This document shows positions 1 through 13,227 of a DNA stretch of 64,000 nucleotides, piece after piece (within the stretch, counting starts at the first letter, position 1; each line of letters begins with the position of its first letter). The stretch comes from Takakia lepidozioides. Lineage: Eukaryota > Plantae > Bryophyta. The stretch spans positions 45,880,001 to 45,944,000 of the forward strand of contig CM060732.1 of NCBI GenBank assembly GCA_030704615.1, read 5' to 3'. The notes below the pieces were generated by a model. It ran no database searches. It was not told where the DNA came from and worked only from the letters and a program-made list of their open reading frames with translations. A program made the translations under genes and the position numbers.

Positions 1-479
1 CGTACGATGTCCTGGTTGGTGGGGCAGTGTTGTACCCCATGGGCTTCACCCTGGATTTTTGGGAGGAGTCAGCTTCCTATAGGCCTGGATGGCAGTCAGG
101 GGAGGGCTGGCATATGCAGCTCCCTGTGACGTTCATAGAATGAGTTGCGGTTGCCCAGCGAGGCAAGATGCCGACACTAGCAGCATTCACAGCGGCAGTG
201 AGTTGGCCTAGAGAGTTGCTTGAGGGCAACGCTCATTCAGAGGAGGTGCCACCTCCGGGAGAGCAGGATGACATGTATGGTATGGCGGAGTTGCCTACCA
301 TGGTTGCTCAAACTCCATTGTGGGGCACGAGCAAGGATTTGCAGCGGGATGCTGATCGACGGGTGCAACAAGCCTGGGTGGAGGCTTTTGTACCGTCAGG
401 AGAGGAGGAGAGTGCGGGGATTGCACCAGGACCACCTCAGTTGTCTCCATTGGACACCATACCTATTGTGTGGCAGTAT

Positions 480-1430
480 CCGGATGAAGGCATTTGTCTT
501 CTGGACTTGTTTGGCGGGATCAGCACCGGATTGGTTGCTGTGTTACAAACAGGTGTACGAGTTCGGCGTTACCTGTATGTGGAGAGGGATGAGACTGCAC
601 GACACGTCTCACTCCGTCATATTGCTCAGTTGGTGCAGCAGTACCCTAAGTTGTTGCCGGTATCTGCGGTTCGTGGATATCAGCAGGCCTTGCCAACAGA
701 CATCTCTTTGTTGGGGGCGTAGGATTTGGAGCGGGTTGGCTTCATTGATTTGGTAGTGGCAGGTTGGCCTTGCCAAGGGTATTCATCAGCCGGGCATGGC
801 AATGGATTGCGAGACTCGAGGTCGGGTCTGTTTTGGGATATGGTGCGGGTTTTGCGCCACTTACAGCTTCATCAGGCTGTATCTCCAGCATACATCTTGG
901 AGAATGTGCCACTGATGGGCGATTCTCGGGCCAGGGTGATGGCCAGTGTGCATCAAGTCCGGTCGTGGCTTGGGTCAGCAGTGTTGCAGGATGCAGCTGC
1001 AGTGGGGTCACGGGCTCATCGTCCACGGTTATGGTGGACTAACTTGATGCCACCCCCACTGCTTAAGCGTGCATTTGATGGGGTGCAGCGGCCAGCACAC
1101 CTCACAGTGGATAGCATTTTGGACACAGTGAGGCAGTCTCAGCGTGTGAGACACGATGACCATTTGCCTTTGGCAGTGGTCAACAAGGTGGGTCAACCAC
1201 GAGCAGCACTCCCTACACTGCTCAGCTTCCCATGATCGCATGTTTTCCGGGATGGACCTGGCCTCCTGTGGGATGCTCAGTTGCAGCAATTAGTGGAGCC
1301 TAATGCCGACGAGCGAGAGTGGGCTATGAGTTTTTCCACTGGGACCACGGCGGTGCCTTCTCTTTCTGAGGCATCACGTCGTCAGGTGTTGGGGCAAGCA
1401 ATGGATCTAATTGCTTGACCTGGATTATCA
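480..1430 (+). pseudogene. DNMT3-like C5-cytosine DNA methyltransferase domain within Gypsy pol (copy A, disrupted)
   Basis: Motif I CLLDLFGGISTG, II YLYVERD, IV DLVVAGWPCQGYS, VI YILENV, VIII AHRPRLWWTN, IX-X EPNADERE..MSF..GTT and RRQVLGQAMD. In-frame stops at 720-722 (TAG) and 1233-1235 (TGA). Confidence 0.9.
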
Positions 1431-1490
1431 GCTTGGCTATGGCTGAGCAACGAAGAGTGCGGAGTGCACTTCCCTTGACGGTCTCTCTGC

Positions 1491-1625
1491 CAGGGATGCC
1501 TCGGCGTGAGCCTGGTCACGTGAGCGCGTGAGCGCGACTGCGCTCACGCCACGTCACCTTGCGCAAATGCCACGTCACGGGGCTCAGTCCACGTCATCAC
1601 ACGTGGAGGCCGAGTCACCACGCAC
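1491..1625. repeat. Left TIR and subterminal motif array (CGTGAGCG/CGCTCACG, CCACGTCA) of MULE copy 1
   Basis: Repeated cgtgagcg, gctcacgcc and ccacgtca motifs in both orientations; mirrored at ~27997-28131. Confidence 0.85.
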
Positions 1626-1704
1626 CCAGAAAGAAGTGGAGTGTATTCCCGCGGATTGGCACCCTTTACCGCGGAAACAAGCTGGACGACATAATAAAAG
1701 GCAT

Positions 1705-2060
1705 TGAATAAATGATGGATGAATGTACAGTTGGATGATAAACAGATGGATGAGTTTGAAAAATCTATGTAGATGGATGAATGACGGATGGATAAGAGTA
1801 AAATGGATGAATGTATAATGGATGTTGAGCAATGACAAAAATTCATGACAGGAAGATGCATGACCAAATCTTTTGACGAATGCACAAAGTATATGAAATG
1901 AGTGTGGAAGGTTTGTGGGGTGGATTAAAGAGTACAGAGGATGAATGTACAATGGATGTTGTACAAAGGAAGCTTTCATGAATGGAGCACGCATGAATAC
2001 AGTGTAGATGAATGCACAATGGATATGAGAAGAGTCAGGAAGGTTTGTGAGATGGATTCA
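1705..2060. repeat. Low-complexity GGATGA/ATGGATGAATG tract inside the MULE (mirrored at ~27560-27915)
   Basis: Many degenerate atggatga(atg) units; explains the spurious His/Ile/Pro-rich ORFs 1544-1994. Confidence 0.75.
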
Positions 2061-4504
2061 TACATATAGCAATTTAAACGAAAGTTGATTCTGTGATTAT
2101 TATTTGTTCTAAAGGAACAACTACGGTAGAGTAAGGGGATTCAACGTTTTCCAGATAATATGAAAATGAATATTAAAAGAATACAGTTCAGTCTGACTCA
2201 GAGTCAGTACAATGTATCCCCTCTTCCTCTGCATCTAAGTCTAAGTATTTTAGAACACCGGATCCACGCTGGATACACCTACGGCTGGCCACTAAAAAGT
2301 CAGGGGATAGGGACTCGGACGCGTGAAGTGCCATTGCTTCGGCATAAACAGGGAGCAGAAAATTGGAAAGGGGGCTGTCGAAAACAGACTCGCCAGAAAT
2401 GACTGTATCTCCTGAAGATCCACCGCTGGCTTTCCTGAAAGACAGCCTGAAAAAGTTATTACTGTAACTTTGATGTTATCGAGAAATTGAGTATGACTCC
2501 CAAAGAGGGTTTAGCACTTACTCACATGAAAAGTCGTTGTCGACCTGCTTATCTTCGGGATCGTCATCATTTCGAATATGAATCCGATCAGTCTGTGTGC
2601 CTGAAGTGGAGCCAGACAAAAGGGGGAGGAGCACTGTGTTGTAGAGGTCAGAATCACCCTCCATACCAAAAAGGCTTCTTCCGCCTGCCTTGCATGCGTG
2701 GTAAGTTGCTCCTGCACCAGACAGGAGAACATAAACAGTTTGGAGGAGGGGATTTAAGCAGATGAAACTGTTGAAAGGAAACCAATTCGGAAGGGAAAAA
2801 ACGAACCTGTGGACACAGAAAGATCGACCACCCGTGCAGAGCGGTGGCTGCATGACTCCAGCAGTATTTGCATGAATGCTGGTGACTTTTCCTTTGCACC
2901 TCTCCAGGGAGTGCCATCTGGTCTCTTCAGAGTCTGACTGGACTGCATGAAGTTGTACAAAATGTCATCGACATGGGGCTCATAGGGGGGGTTGACGAAA
3001 CAACCCTGGTCAGAAATCTCAAAGCTGCGGATGGAGGATGGTGTCTTTGATGTGCGAATCCTCCGCAGGCAGATCGCCTCGAACATCCTCGTCTGCCAAA
3101 GATAGCAGGTTAGTGTGGTAAACACAATCTAAAGTGGAAGTGTGTACATCGGCTATTCAGAACTCTGACACCAAAAACCATGAATCGTTGATGATCGTGT
3201 CGATCATAAAACATTCTACTAGAGTGGAGCTGCAGAGAAAATTGAAACTCATGATCAAAGCATAAGCAGAAGGCAGACGGCATACCAGCTGACCAGGGAA
3301 ACCCCCTTTCACAAGGTAGAGGCTGTTCACACAATTCCATGTGCGCAAAACTTCAAACCCTGAAGACTTGAGGTATGATGCCAATGCCCGACGACTATCA
3401 TTGTCACATGACTGAAAAAGCAGAAGTGTCCCTGCATCAGAAGGAAATTGTTACAGAACCCGAATACCCAACTCCAGTAGTTGTCCTCGAATTTGTTCCA
3501 CCCTGGCGTCTTGCCCTTTGGAAGAACTTCTGGCACAGCCTGGCCATCCGGGATGTCGAGAATGACAATGTCGGCCGCATAAGTTTTCTGCACACCGCAC
3601 ACGAAGGTGGGACCTGTGCTCACCTGCAACAGACATGTTTTTTATAAGAACGATGGCAAGAATGTTTTCAAAGAACGAGACTGAAATACTGCCAACGAAA
3701 CATTCAGAGAAAAAGGAAAGAAACTGGAATTCTCACCAGATTGAGGAATGAGATTATATTGTCCCAGGTAGGGGATGGCACCCCAGTGTATCCTCTCTTT
3801 CGACTCTGCATCATCGAAAGCCAACCCTCATTAACAATTTTCATCTCTCCTGCTGAATCAGAACGGGAAGGGTGTGGCTTGGCATCGAACACGCACTGAA
3901 GAGTGCGGGTATATCTTCCAGCAGTAAAGTCCTGCCCACTCTCCATCTCCTTTTCATTCTCCTTCCCCTTGTCCTTTTCCTTCTCTTTGGACTTGTCTTT
4001 GTCCTTTGGCTTTGCTGGTGAGATGGCTATGACATCAACAGCCTTGTCTTTTGGTTTGCGGCCCGCCTTCTTTCCCTTCTGCGGCGTTCCCTGAGCATCA
4101 GGCTCCTTGGCAGCCAAGGTTGCTATGTTTCGTTGATACTCTTCGTCAGTCAAAGGCGCCAGCATCTCAGCGTTATTGTTCAAGTATTTCATATGCTGTT
4201 CTTGAAAGGTCGTGTGCTCAGGTGGGCAGTCAAGGTACCACCCACAGTCTCTGAAGTGAGAAGGACTCCAGTCCTTCAATATCCCTGCAGTATACATGGT
4301 TGGATCGTTTGCAGGGTCCGACCACATGTCAAGATAGTCGGGAATTCCGCTCAGGTGATTTCCTTCCATAAGCACATATTTCGTGTACCTGAAAAAAGGA
4401 GATGAATCCCAACCCACAAAAGCGCTCAGTGAGTAAGATGCAAGTAGAACAGAAAGAATAAAACATGGATTGAAATGGCTCTGACAACTGCTCCAAGGAC
4501 CTTT

Positions 4505-5230
4505 CAGGACCACACTACTGCTCCAGATATGAATGTCGTCAACGCCATTCAGAACATTCCATTCCATGACACTGTAAATACATCCTAATCCAGGTGAATG
4601 CAAATAAGCGATTAGAAATGACACAGACATAGAAGTGAATGTCGTCAACGACATTCAAGAATGAAGCCAAATTATTACTGAAATGAAGCAAAATCACAGG
4701 ATGGAAATAAAAAAATTGAGTAAGGAACCATCCAGGAAAACTCAATGCACATTCATAACGAACCTATCACTGAGGACCTCACAACATCACTGTATGTGAA
4801 TGGCGTCAACGCCATTCACAAAAATACAAAAAAGAAACCAATTACTTAGCTCCCCAATCCATGAAAATTGAATTTGTCGTTTTTGAATAATACAGACACA
4901 GCTGTGGATTTCTTAAAACAGAGCTTATCAAGCCTCCATATTCATCGCAAGAGGAAAAACAATGCAGAACAACTGAATGTCTGCATTGACATTCAGCAAA
5001 ATGAAGTGATCAACCCTCATTGTAACCTCTATGGACATTACAAAAATTTAAATAACCTTGAGGACCACACAACAACTCCGTATGTGAATGTCGTCAACGC
5101 CATTCAAGGACATTATCAATTCTAATCAGGGACAATATAATTGCACCCTTAGATCCTAACCAGGTGAATTCATATACTCGCTTAAGAATGACTCAGACAA
5201 AGAAGTGAATGTCGTCAACGACATTCAATC
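4505..5230. repeat. Five 22-bp palindromes TGAATG(T/G)CGT-CA-ACG(A/C)CATTCA in longer degenerate repeats, intron 5 of accessory gene (copy 1)
   Basis: Copies start at 4530, 4636, 4797, 5085, 5206; block ~4505-4660 resembles ~5061-5230. Confidence 0.9.
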
Positions 5231-7099
5231 TGGATCTAAGATTGCAATCCATATGAAGCCACAATTTTTCCCAAAAAAACAGTAGAGTTTCAAGTATGAC
5301 ATTTCACCTGTACACAACTCGCATCATGGCCCACTCTCCTCCAACCTGACTGTCAAAGTCGTTGGACCGTAAAATGTTACCATCTTTGGAGAACTCCCGG
5401 AAAAAACAGTATCTCCAGGTGAGACCTCTCCACTTCCTTATGTATGCCTCCAATGACATTTGGGGAGGGGAAACAATCGCAATGTTCAGGTCCTTCAAAG
5501 TCTGATCCAGCACAATGACGGCGCGCTTTTCGAGCTGCAAATAGTATATTTGTCAGAATTGCAAAAAAGAAACACATCACATACTTGAAGAGAAGAAACA
5601 GCATGTTCGAATACACACCTGACTCCAAAATGTAGCCTTGTGGAGCCAGTTATCAAACACCAAATCACTGATTCCTTCCACCTTTGTGCCAGGCTGTATG
5701 GTGCTCTTTGGGAACTGATTCAAGTCCTTTACTGTTTGATCTGAGTTCCATATCTCCAGCCACCTTATTTTTGTTTGTGGGTCGACCATCGATATGGCCA
5801 GCCGGTGCAATTTCTCCTGCTGCATCTCCGGATGCACATGCTTGTCATAGTGTGTTTTGATCTGCTGAAGGAACTCAGGACCAAGTCCAGGATCTACTAT
5901 TCTAAGCTGCTTTCCGAAGGCTGACATCAATTTGGTTCTTCGCATCTCAAACTCCTTCTTTATTGCAGCTTCCACACCCTTTGATGTCCTTAGTTCCTCT
6001 GGTGTAGTGCGGTAATATTCGGATTTTCCCTTCTCAGCTGCCTCTGCCAGTTCTTGCTGCATTCATTCAAGTAGTGATTAGCTCCGAAGGGACTCTAAAC
6101 ATGTATTCGAAAAGTAAACAGATTACAGACTCGGGCTTACCGCATACATGTACTCCAGAAACGCCTCTCGTGTCAAAGAATACCAAGTGCCTGCAGCTCT
6201 TCCTGTTTCGCACTTCTTGATGATATTGGGTGGTAGTACTGTCCGAAAATCATCCAGCTTCATCAGACCAATCCTCTGAATTCGGAATAGTGTGTGAACC
6301 AAGCTTGTTGTCACATGCGATTTCTCTGTCGATCTGCAAAAACATTGAAAACATTGCATTCCTTAACACTGTTTTTTGAGGATCAACAAGACACTACAGA
6401 GGGAATCAAATCTCCTGGATGACTTACTTGTTCACGTCGTGCATAGCTGTAAGAAGCCTAGCGATGTCGTTTCCTGGATCCAAAACCATTGCCTCCACAG
6501 CAACATGCTTGTCTTTGTCTTTCGAATGGTGTTTCTGAATGTATCCCATCCATGCCAGCAATCGGTGGTTGCCGTCCCAGACGTAGAACATGTGGTTGCA
6601 AAATTGCTGGGTGTTCTTTCCCATCATGAGGCCCAGCTCGAACTCCTCATTGGCATCTTTCCAGCACTCATCCCAGTTATCACTGATCTCTGGAGAAACT
6701 AATGTGCTTTTCCCATTTATATCCGTCAGTGACACATAAAAAACTTGTGCACCAAGTCTATATCCATGCACAAAATCACTCTCCAATTTTGTTATGTCAT
6801 GGGAAAGAGGTGGACGCACAACAGGCATTGATATCATCCGGCACAGAGGTATGTCCAGACGCCCTCCAGATACGAGCATGTCCCTTATAACCTCCTGAGA
6901 GTTTACCTTCTGGAATGACATGAGTTCTTTCACCTTGTCAAGGTAGTGCACTTCGGATTCATCTGCTTCATCTGTATTCTCTGAGCTTTTTGCGGACTCG
7001 TCCCCATCTCCAGATCCTTTCCCCTCTGATCCTGTAGGCTTCGACCTCACAGTTTTCTGCACGATGCCATTCAGTTCTGACTAAGTGATTTGCAAATAG

Positions 7100-7418
7100 T
7101 GAATGGCGGTAACGACAATCACTCTGTATCAAGGAAACTCACCATGAATGGTGTGAAAGAATTCAGCACAATCTACACATGCAAAGCCGAGACTGCCGTA
7201 TTCAAAACAAAAGTGAGAGCGATAGCGAACGGCGTTAACGACAATCACAAAAGATAACAACCTGCCGGATCGGTGTTGTGTAATGACATATATGTGCAAC
7301 TGATTGGCGGCAACGACATTCAGTGTAGTTTAGGGAGAATAGTAAGTGCAGACTCTCTCTTCAAACACATAGGTACATAAATCTCATGAGCAGAATCGAA
7401 TGGCGTTAACGACGCTCG
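7100..7418. repeat. Four diverged copies of the same 22-bp palindrome, intron 1 of accessory gene (copy 1)
   Basis: tgaatggcggtaacgacaatca (7100), cgaacggcgttaacgacaatca (7226), tgattggcggcaacgacattca (7301), cgaatggcgttaacgacgctcg (7397). Confidence 0.8.
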
Positions 7419-8651
7419 CGATTCAGTAGTTCCTGCTAAAGAATGGAAGAGGAAGGACTCCTTGAAAGGCAATCACACAGACTATATGATAAAACTTACT
7501 GGCACCTTCTTAGGTTTTGAAATTTGATCCCCTTCTGCAGCTTTCCTCTTCCCTCTCACATCTGCTGGAGTTTCTGTCTGCGCAAGGGTTTCTTGACCTT
7601 CTTCAGGTTCGGCGTTCCGCGTGCTTCCACCTTCTTCAGTGTCCCTGCGATTCATCTCTGCCTCCACAGGCTGGCGCACTCTTATCGCCGACTGTGTCGC
7701 AGCCGCTGCCTCAGTCTCCGTCTGCTCTTGTGAATCAGTCTCCGCGTTCACCTGCTGCCTTGGCCCTGTGTTCTCCAACAAACGACGCCTCGTCATTTTC
7801 TCTCTTGCTCTGCGTCTCTCTCTAAGGGAAGTAAAATAAAGAGACTTTCTTCTCTTTCGTATTCTAGAAGGAACCCTCTCCAGCTTGACTACCACTCTCC
7901 CTCTAAGCGCGAAAAGTAGAAAAACGCAGTGACTCCCGATTTCTTGCGGGATTGCCTGTGTTCTTGCGTGTCTCTAGAAGCATCGGATTCCCTCCCGCGT
8001 GACCGTTACACATAGTCGTTTCGTTATTAGTGCACATGCCAGCAATTGGTGTACAGCTGTTCGTATTCAGTTATGGATGTCTGACGTGTGCCGCCCAAAA
8101 CAAAACGGCGTGTTCTAAATTATAACTGGTTCAATATTTAAAAAGAACAGCGAATCCCAGAAATTGATGCGCAGTCTTAAACAAATAAATATAAATGAAC
8201 GAGAGTTTGATGACAAATTTTGGAATATCATACACGGTCATCCTTGTTATCCAAACCCCACATTCGTTGCACATTTGGAACTTTCCAGGTGCGCATGATC
8301 ATTGGTAGTAGTATATAGATACATTTACTTAATCTGCAATCCCATTCTCGGATCCTGTGGCATGCTTCCAGGAAGTCGGCTTTGTTATTGGGTTTATTGA
8401 TGAGGTTCTGATTAACGGTTTAACAGTTGCCGACACTGCCCCTATGGATTCTCTGACCACTGGGCCCACAAGAAAAGTAATTAAAATGGACGGCTGCATA
8501 TCTGGAATGAATAACAGAATATGCACAGTCGTTATCTGAGCTTCCTCCGCCATATGCTCTGCTCATTCTTCAACTGTGTTCTGGAGACAGCAGTAAACCG
8601 ATTTACACTAGATCTGCGATAGCAAGGTACAAACATACTCGAGGAAGGAAG

Positions 8652-11600
8652 ATGGCTTCCTCTGAAGCGGAGTTCTTCTCAGACGACAAACCAGTGCCGT
8701 TCTCCCAGGAAGTCCTTGACAATGGATTTGCAATTGTTCTGGAACATGTCTTGGCTACCCGTTTTCAGCTGCAGAATGGCTCCATCTTTTTGGAGAAAGA
8801 GGTTTACGATCTGAAAGGGAAGTTGGTGAAATATTCTTTCCAAAACCGTGATGAGACGGCTCATATCAGCCAGTGGAGAGTGCGTCCTGGTCGATACAGA
8901 GTACTTGGAGAGCCTCGGCGAAAGTCCCTTGGGTCATATGTGACGCCCGGGACTGCTGCTTCGGTCGTTGAAGACAAGAGGGAGGTGGTGGTGAAAAAAG
9001 AACAGACTTCCTCCACTCCAATCGTTGAGCTTTCGGATTCTTCCGATGATGACATAAGTGAAATTCCAAATCCAGTCCTTCCTACTGTGGTTGCAGAAGC
9101 TGATGAAGAAGAGATTTGTAGTGTCATTCCAAAATTGCGGGCGATGGGAGGAATGGCTGGATTCAAAAGTGAGTTGCGGGGAATTGATTGGGAATCTTTG
9201 AAGCAGGTGCCTGTGAAGTTCTTGCCGGAGACTTTTGATGGCGATATCCTATTCGAGCTGCCTCCTCCTCCGCGAGTTGGAGGTGTAACAATCATGATGC
9301 ATGGAATGGACAAGAAACACGACGGGCACCCGTGGTGCAGAACAAAAACATCCAATATTCAGAATGATGACAAGCTTGTTTTCAGGAGGACAGTTTGCAA
9401 TGGACACCTTAGGTGTGATAATTTGAATTGCAGACACTTTCTTCAGTCTGGAGTTCATAATCAAAGCGAATGGGAGGGTCTGGCGGAGAATCCATTTCAG
9501 CCTGGGACTGCCCCTCCACCGGCAAACACTTTCGTCTGCAAATTCTGCAAACTTGTGCCATCCTGCTTGGCGCTCTGCGGAGCAAGAATGTACTATGTTG
9601 TCCACCGTTTGAATACAATGACGAGAGCTTGTGTGCATTTTGGATTCCATAACCATCCTGTCTCGAAGGGGGATTACAGGGAGAGTGTTGAGACAGTATC
9701 GAGGTTGATCAAACAGGAGTTCGGGAGAAACCCATCCGCAACAACATCTGCAATTGCTCTTGGCGCAAGCAAGTCCTTCTTGGAAAGCCATATTTTGAGT
9801 GAAGGAGATTCTGTGGGGACTAAACTTGACGGTGCAGCATTGGACCTGGTCATGGATCATTTCTCCACTTTAAGTTCACCTAACATTCGGCATCAGATCA
9901 ATGCATTGAGAATGGGCTCTGGGATCAGAGGCTACATAGACAATATTTTGGAATTGAAACGACTGAGCAAGTACGATTACATCCAGGACAATGTATTCCC
10001 AGGTCAAGGTGCCATCAAAGTTTTTCTTTTCAAAATGTCGACTGTTGGGGAGGGCAGTGGGGTTAGCCTCGTGAAGCGGATGCAGAAGACTGGGGACTTG
10101 CAGAACTGTTTTCTTATGTTTGATCATGTGAAACGAGTGAAGGATTGGACGACAATGGCTTGTCATGTCTACGATCCAGTGTACCAACGAGTTATGACAA
10201 TTGCAGTTTGTGACATGCAATCCGAGGATACGGAATCCCAGAAGCTCATGTGGAATTCCCTGATACGTGTCATGGGCTGCCATGGGCTGCCATCTCCAAA
10301 TTTCGCAGGTTTCATGGCGGATAGTGCTCAAGCAAATTTCAATGCTATTCGTATTGTCTTCGGATCGGGCGACCCAAAAGTGCCTATGCCAGGAAGAGAG
10401 CGTACATGTCTATTCCATTGGACACAATCTCTGGAAAAACATACAAAGTCGGACATCAAACCAGAGATGCAGACTCAGCACCGTAAATTGTGCAAAGAGT
10501 ACAAAGATGCTAGAACAATGAAGGAGGCGGACACTTTGTTCCAGACAATTCGTGCCTGGTGGTTCTCTTCTGGAGCTGCATCACTTGAGAGTATGAGAGC
10601 ATTGGAAGATTGGCTGGCGTTTTGGCACTTCCGGTATAGACAGTGGGGAGCAGCCATGACAATGGTACGAGGCTTCTATTTCATGCTTTATTCATACATT
10701 TGCTTTCCATATTTTTGACTCATTGCTTTCTTTATGTTGTTTCCTGTGCACTATTCTGAAGTGTGGTTATCCTCTTTGCAGAACATGTCCATTGAGGAAA
10801 TGGCAGACATGCCATCTTGCAATTTGGCAGAAACTGTGCACAATGCATGGTTGCAGCAGTCTGGGAAACGAGGTCGGGATTTGTATGTGGCAACAACAGA
10901 TGATTTGATACGTGCCTTGCAACAACAAACCCGATACCGTGATTTCTTACGAGGTGGGGTTGGTGGCAAGGGTCCGGACAAATCGGAGTTGATGTTGCGT
11001 GCTGCAAACAGATCTGGGGATCCAATCAAGATAGCACGGGCGGTGAGCATGTATGCCCAGGGAACGCCACTTGTTTCTAGAGTTCCACATCTTGAAGGGG
11101 AGGAGAGATTCGGCTCCTGTAAGAGGAAATTGAACACTCCACCTGGTTCGGATTCAGATTCCCACAGGGCAGACCGTGATAACTTCTCGAAGCCTCGTGT
11201 TCCCCTGCATGACAGCTCCGTGTCCGGAACCTCCATTGTGGAGGAACCTCCAACACGACGGCAAGCTCCAGCATCAAACCGTGCCACTGAAATGGTGCAG
11301 GAGAGAAACAACCCCCTTGATGTGCTTGAGTCCGCATGCCCCGACCACGTTTGGCACATAGAACGCACAAGTGTCGGGTCTCGTGTGAAATGTACAGCGA
11401 TCAGGGCAACTAATTTCGAGAAGTGCACTTCATCTATATCCAGAGGTGGTGCCCGAACTCCTGCTCCGACTTTCACGGGCTTGATGCGTCCATACGGTCA
11501 ACCAGAAGCCAAGAACCACAAGTTCTGGTTCTGCGCAGATGATTGTGCCAGATGTGTGCATGGAACTGTGCGTCCTTCCGTAGTGATGAAGCCATCTCCT

Positions 11601-12167
11601 CCAACCGTTTGGCCCGTGAAGGTGGGAACACATCTCAGCTTTCAGGAGATTGAAATGCTGGAGGAGGCAGGTTTTTCCCTTGCGAGACAACCCCAACTCC
11701 ATGCATGTGCTACTACTCCTGCGTCCTCCCGGGTCCCCCCGGCAAATCCTGACTTGTGGCCAACCAAACGAGATGGAAAGCTCGTTCGGCGTTTCCCTCC
11801 AACCGCTGAACACTTTGGCAAAGTGGAGTCCGCAAGAATGCTCCAAGCTCGTGTCGGAAGCACCACGGAAGTACCCGATCCAGGATATGGTCGGGTATTC
11901 ACAATCATCACTTCCACATCTGCTGTTCATGACAGGACCTACGACATCACGGTTTCCAATTTCCCCAATTGCACATGTCCTGATTTTGTGAATATGCTAT
12001 CAACCAGTTTGGGCAAGAGAGGTAAATTCATACCCTGCAAACATTTGTATTTCATATTTTTGAGGAGGATGGTTTGCGATCCCAAACGTGACAACTTCAT
12101 TCACCAGGCCACTATGAGTTTCAACGAGGTCGATACTCTTTTGCAGCGGGATACAACACATGGGTAG
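8652..12167 (+). CDS. MULE-family DDE transposase with GCM-like zinc DNA-binding domain and C-terminal SWIM finger (~1132 aa, 2 exons: 8652-10664, 10782-12167)
   Basis: GCM/WRKY-like DGHPW..CNGHLRC..C..CKFC..C..HFGFHNHP; catalytic-like LMFDHVK, FMADSA, CLFH (CxxH), NLAETVH; SWIM YDITV..NCTCPDF..PCKH. A GT..AG phase-0 intron joins the two ORFs. Confidence 0.88.
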
Positions 12168-12609
12168 CATGAACTATGTAATGTGGTATGTGGATGACCA
12201 TGATTTGAAATGTGTAATTCACATCAATTCGTCGGCTGTGCAATGATATGGCCTCCAACTATACGGAGTGAGGTCTGAGTGACAACTTTTAGGTAGTGCA
12301 CATTTGTCATTGCACCGTTCGAAGTCTACATGTCTTGCTGTCGCTATGCACTACAATCATCTTTTGAAGATGATCATAACTCTCATTGTTATTTGAGGAG
12401 GGAGGAAGTCTTCTCGTGGCAGCCTTTATGGCGCACACTTTGTGAGGATATTTTGTCGTCTTCGTAATTGTAAAAGTGAAACAAACATTTGTAATTGCCA
12501 ATGTTGGATGCTGCAATTGTAGGCCTCAACGCTCGTCTTGATTCTATTTAGGCAAGATTCCCTGCATTAATTCCACGGTCATAGGACCATCCACGGTTAT
12601 AGGCGGCGC

Positions 12610-12815
12610 ATGTTAATGCTGACGTGGCAGTTGACGGACAGTGCCACGTCATCATTTACCGCCACATCAGCATGCTGACATGACGCTCACGCCACGTCAG
12701 CATGTGTGCAGGCTCACGCCACGTCAGCTGGCGTGAGCGTACGCTCACGCCACGTCACTCCTGCGTGAGCGTACGCTCGCGCGCTCACGTCAACGCTCAC
12801 GCCATTGCGTCGTTG
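12610..12815. repeat. Right subterminal motif array and TIR of MULE copy 1
   Basis: Dense gccacgtca/tgacgtggc and cgctcacgcc/ggcgtgagcg motifs, including palindrome ggcgtgagcgtacgctcacgcc; mirrored at 16815-17010 with a 12-bp indel. Confidence 0.85.
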
Positions 12816-13227
12816 TCTCTCTGCCTACTGAGACGTACAGGCAGGAGTGGGGGCGAGCCGGTGAGGACCACAGGGTTAGACATCCATGGCACACGTGGGA
12901 GGTGCTCGAGGTTTCAGAGGAGTTGGCAGCCAAGGTGGCTGTGATGGATGAGGTTGGGGATTCTTCTCGGGTTGAGGAGGTCCTCAAGGATGAGATGATG
13001 GGGCATGATGAGGCCTTGTCATTGACTGAGCAGGCAGGGAGTACTGCTAAAGAGGTTGTGGCATAGCAACCACGGGACGCGTCCTCTACCTTTAAGTCTG
13101 CTGGACTTAAGGTTGCAGATATTATGGGCAATTGGGAGCCTAACATTGGACCTATTGTCACTAGAGGAGAGAGACGACGTATACGGCAGTTCCTGAGGCT
13201 TATAATAATTGCTTTGCCTCTCGTGCT

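Larger units (their letters stand above)
2188..7796 (-). pseudogene. MULE accessory gene (ParB/Srx-like + beta-class amino-DNA-methyltransferase-like), copy 1, with a 1-bp frameshift in exon 7
   Basis: Reverse complement of the intact copy at 21824-27434. At ~3442 it reads cagaaggaaa vs cagagaggaaa in copy 2, truncating the MTase exon (FLL.. vs FLSDAGTLLLF). Could be a sequencing error. Confidence 0.8.
1491..12815 (+). mobile_element. Mutator-like (MULE) DNA transposon, 11,325 bp, copy 1
   Basis: 9-bp TSD tctctctgc at 1482-1490 and 12816-12824. Imperfect ~45-bp TIRs (CAGGGATGCCTCGGCGTGAGC... vs CAACGACGCAATGGCGTGAGC...). Boundaries match inverted copy 2 exactly. Removing the insert rejoins the Gypsy linker (..SLPTET..). 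Confidence 0.95.

Noticed and set aside
1544-1994. His/Ile/Pro-rich ORFs as a third MULE gene
   Set aside because: Products of the low-complexity GGATGA tract; no domain motifs.
4505-5230. CRISPR-like array (palindromic repeats with spacers)
   Set aside because: Spacing is irregular (about 100-290 bp), spacers are partly homologous to each other, the context is a eukaryotic intron and there are no cas-like ORFs.
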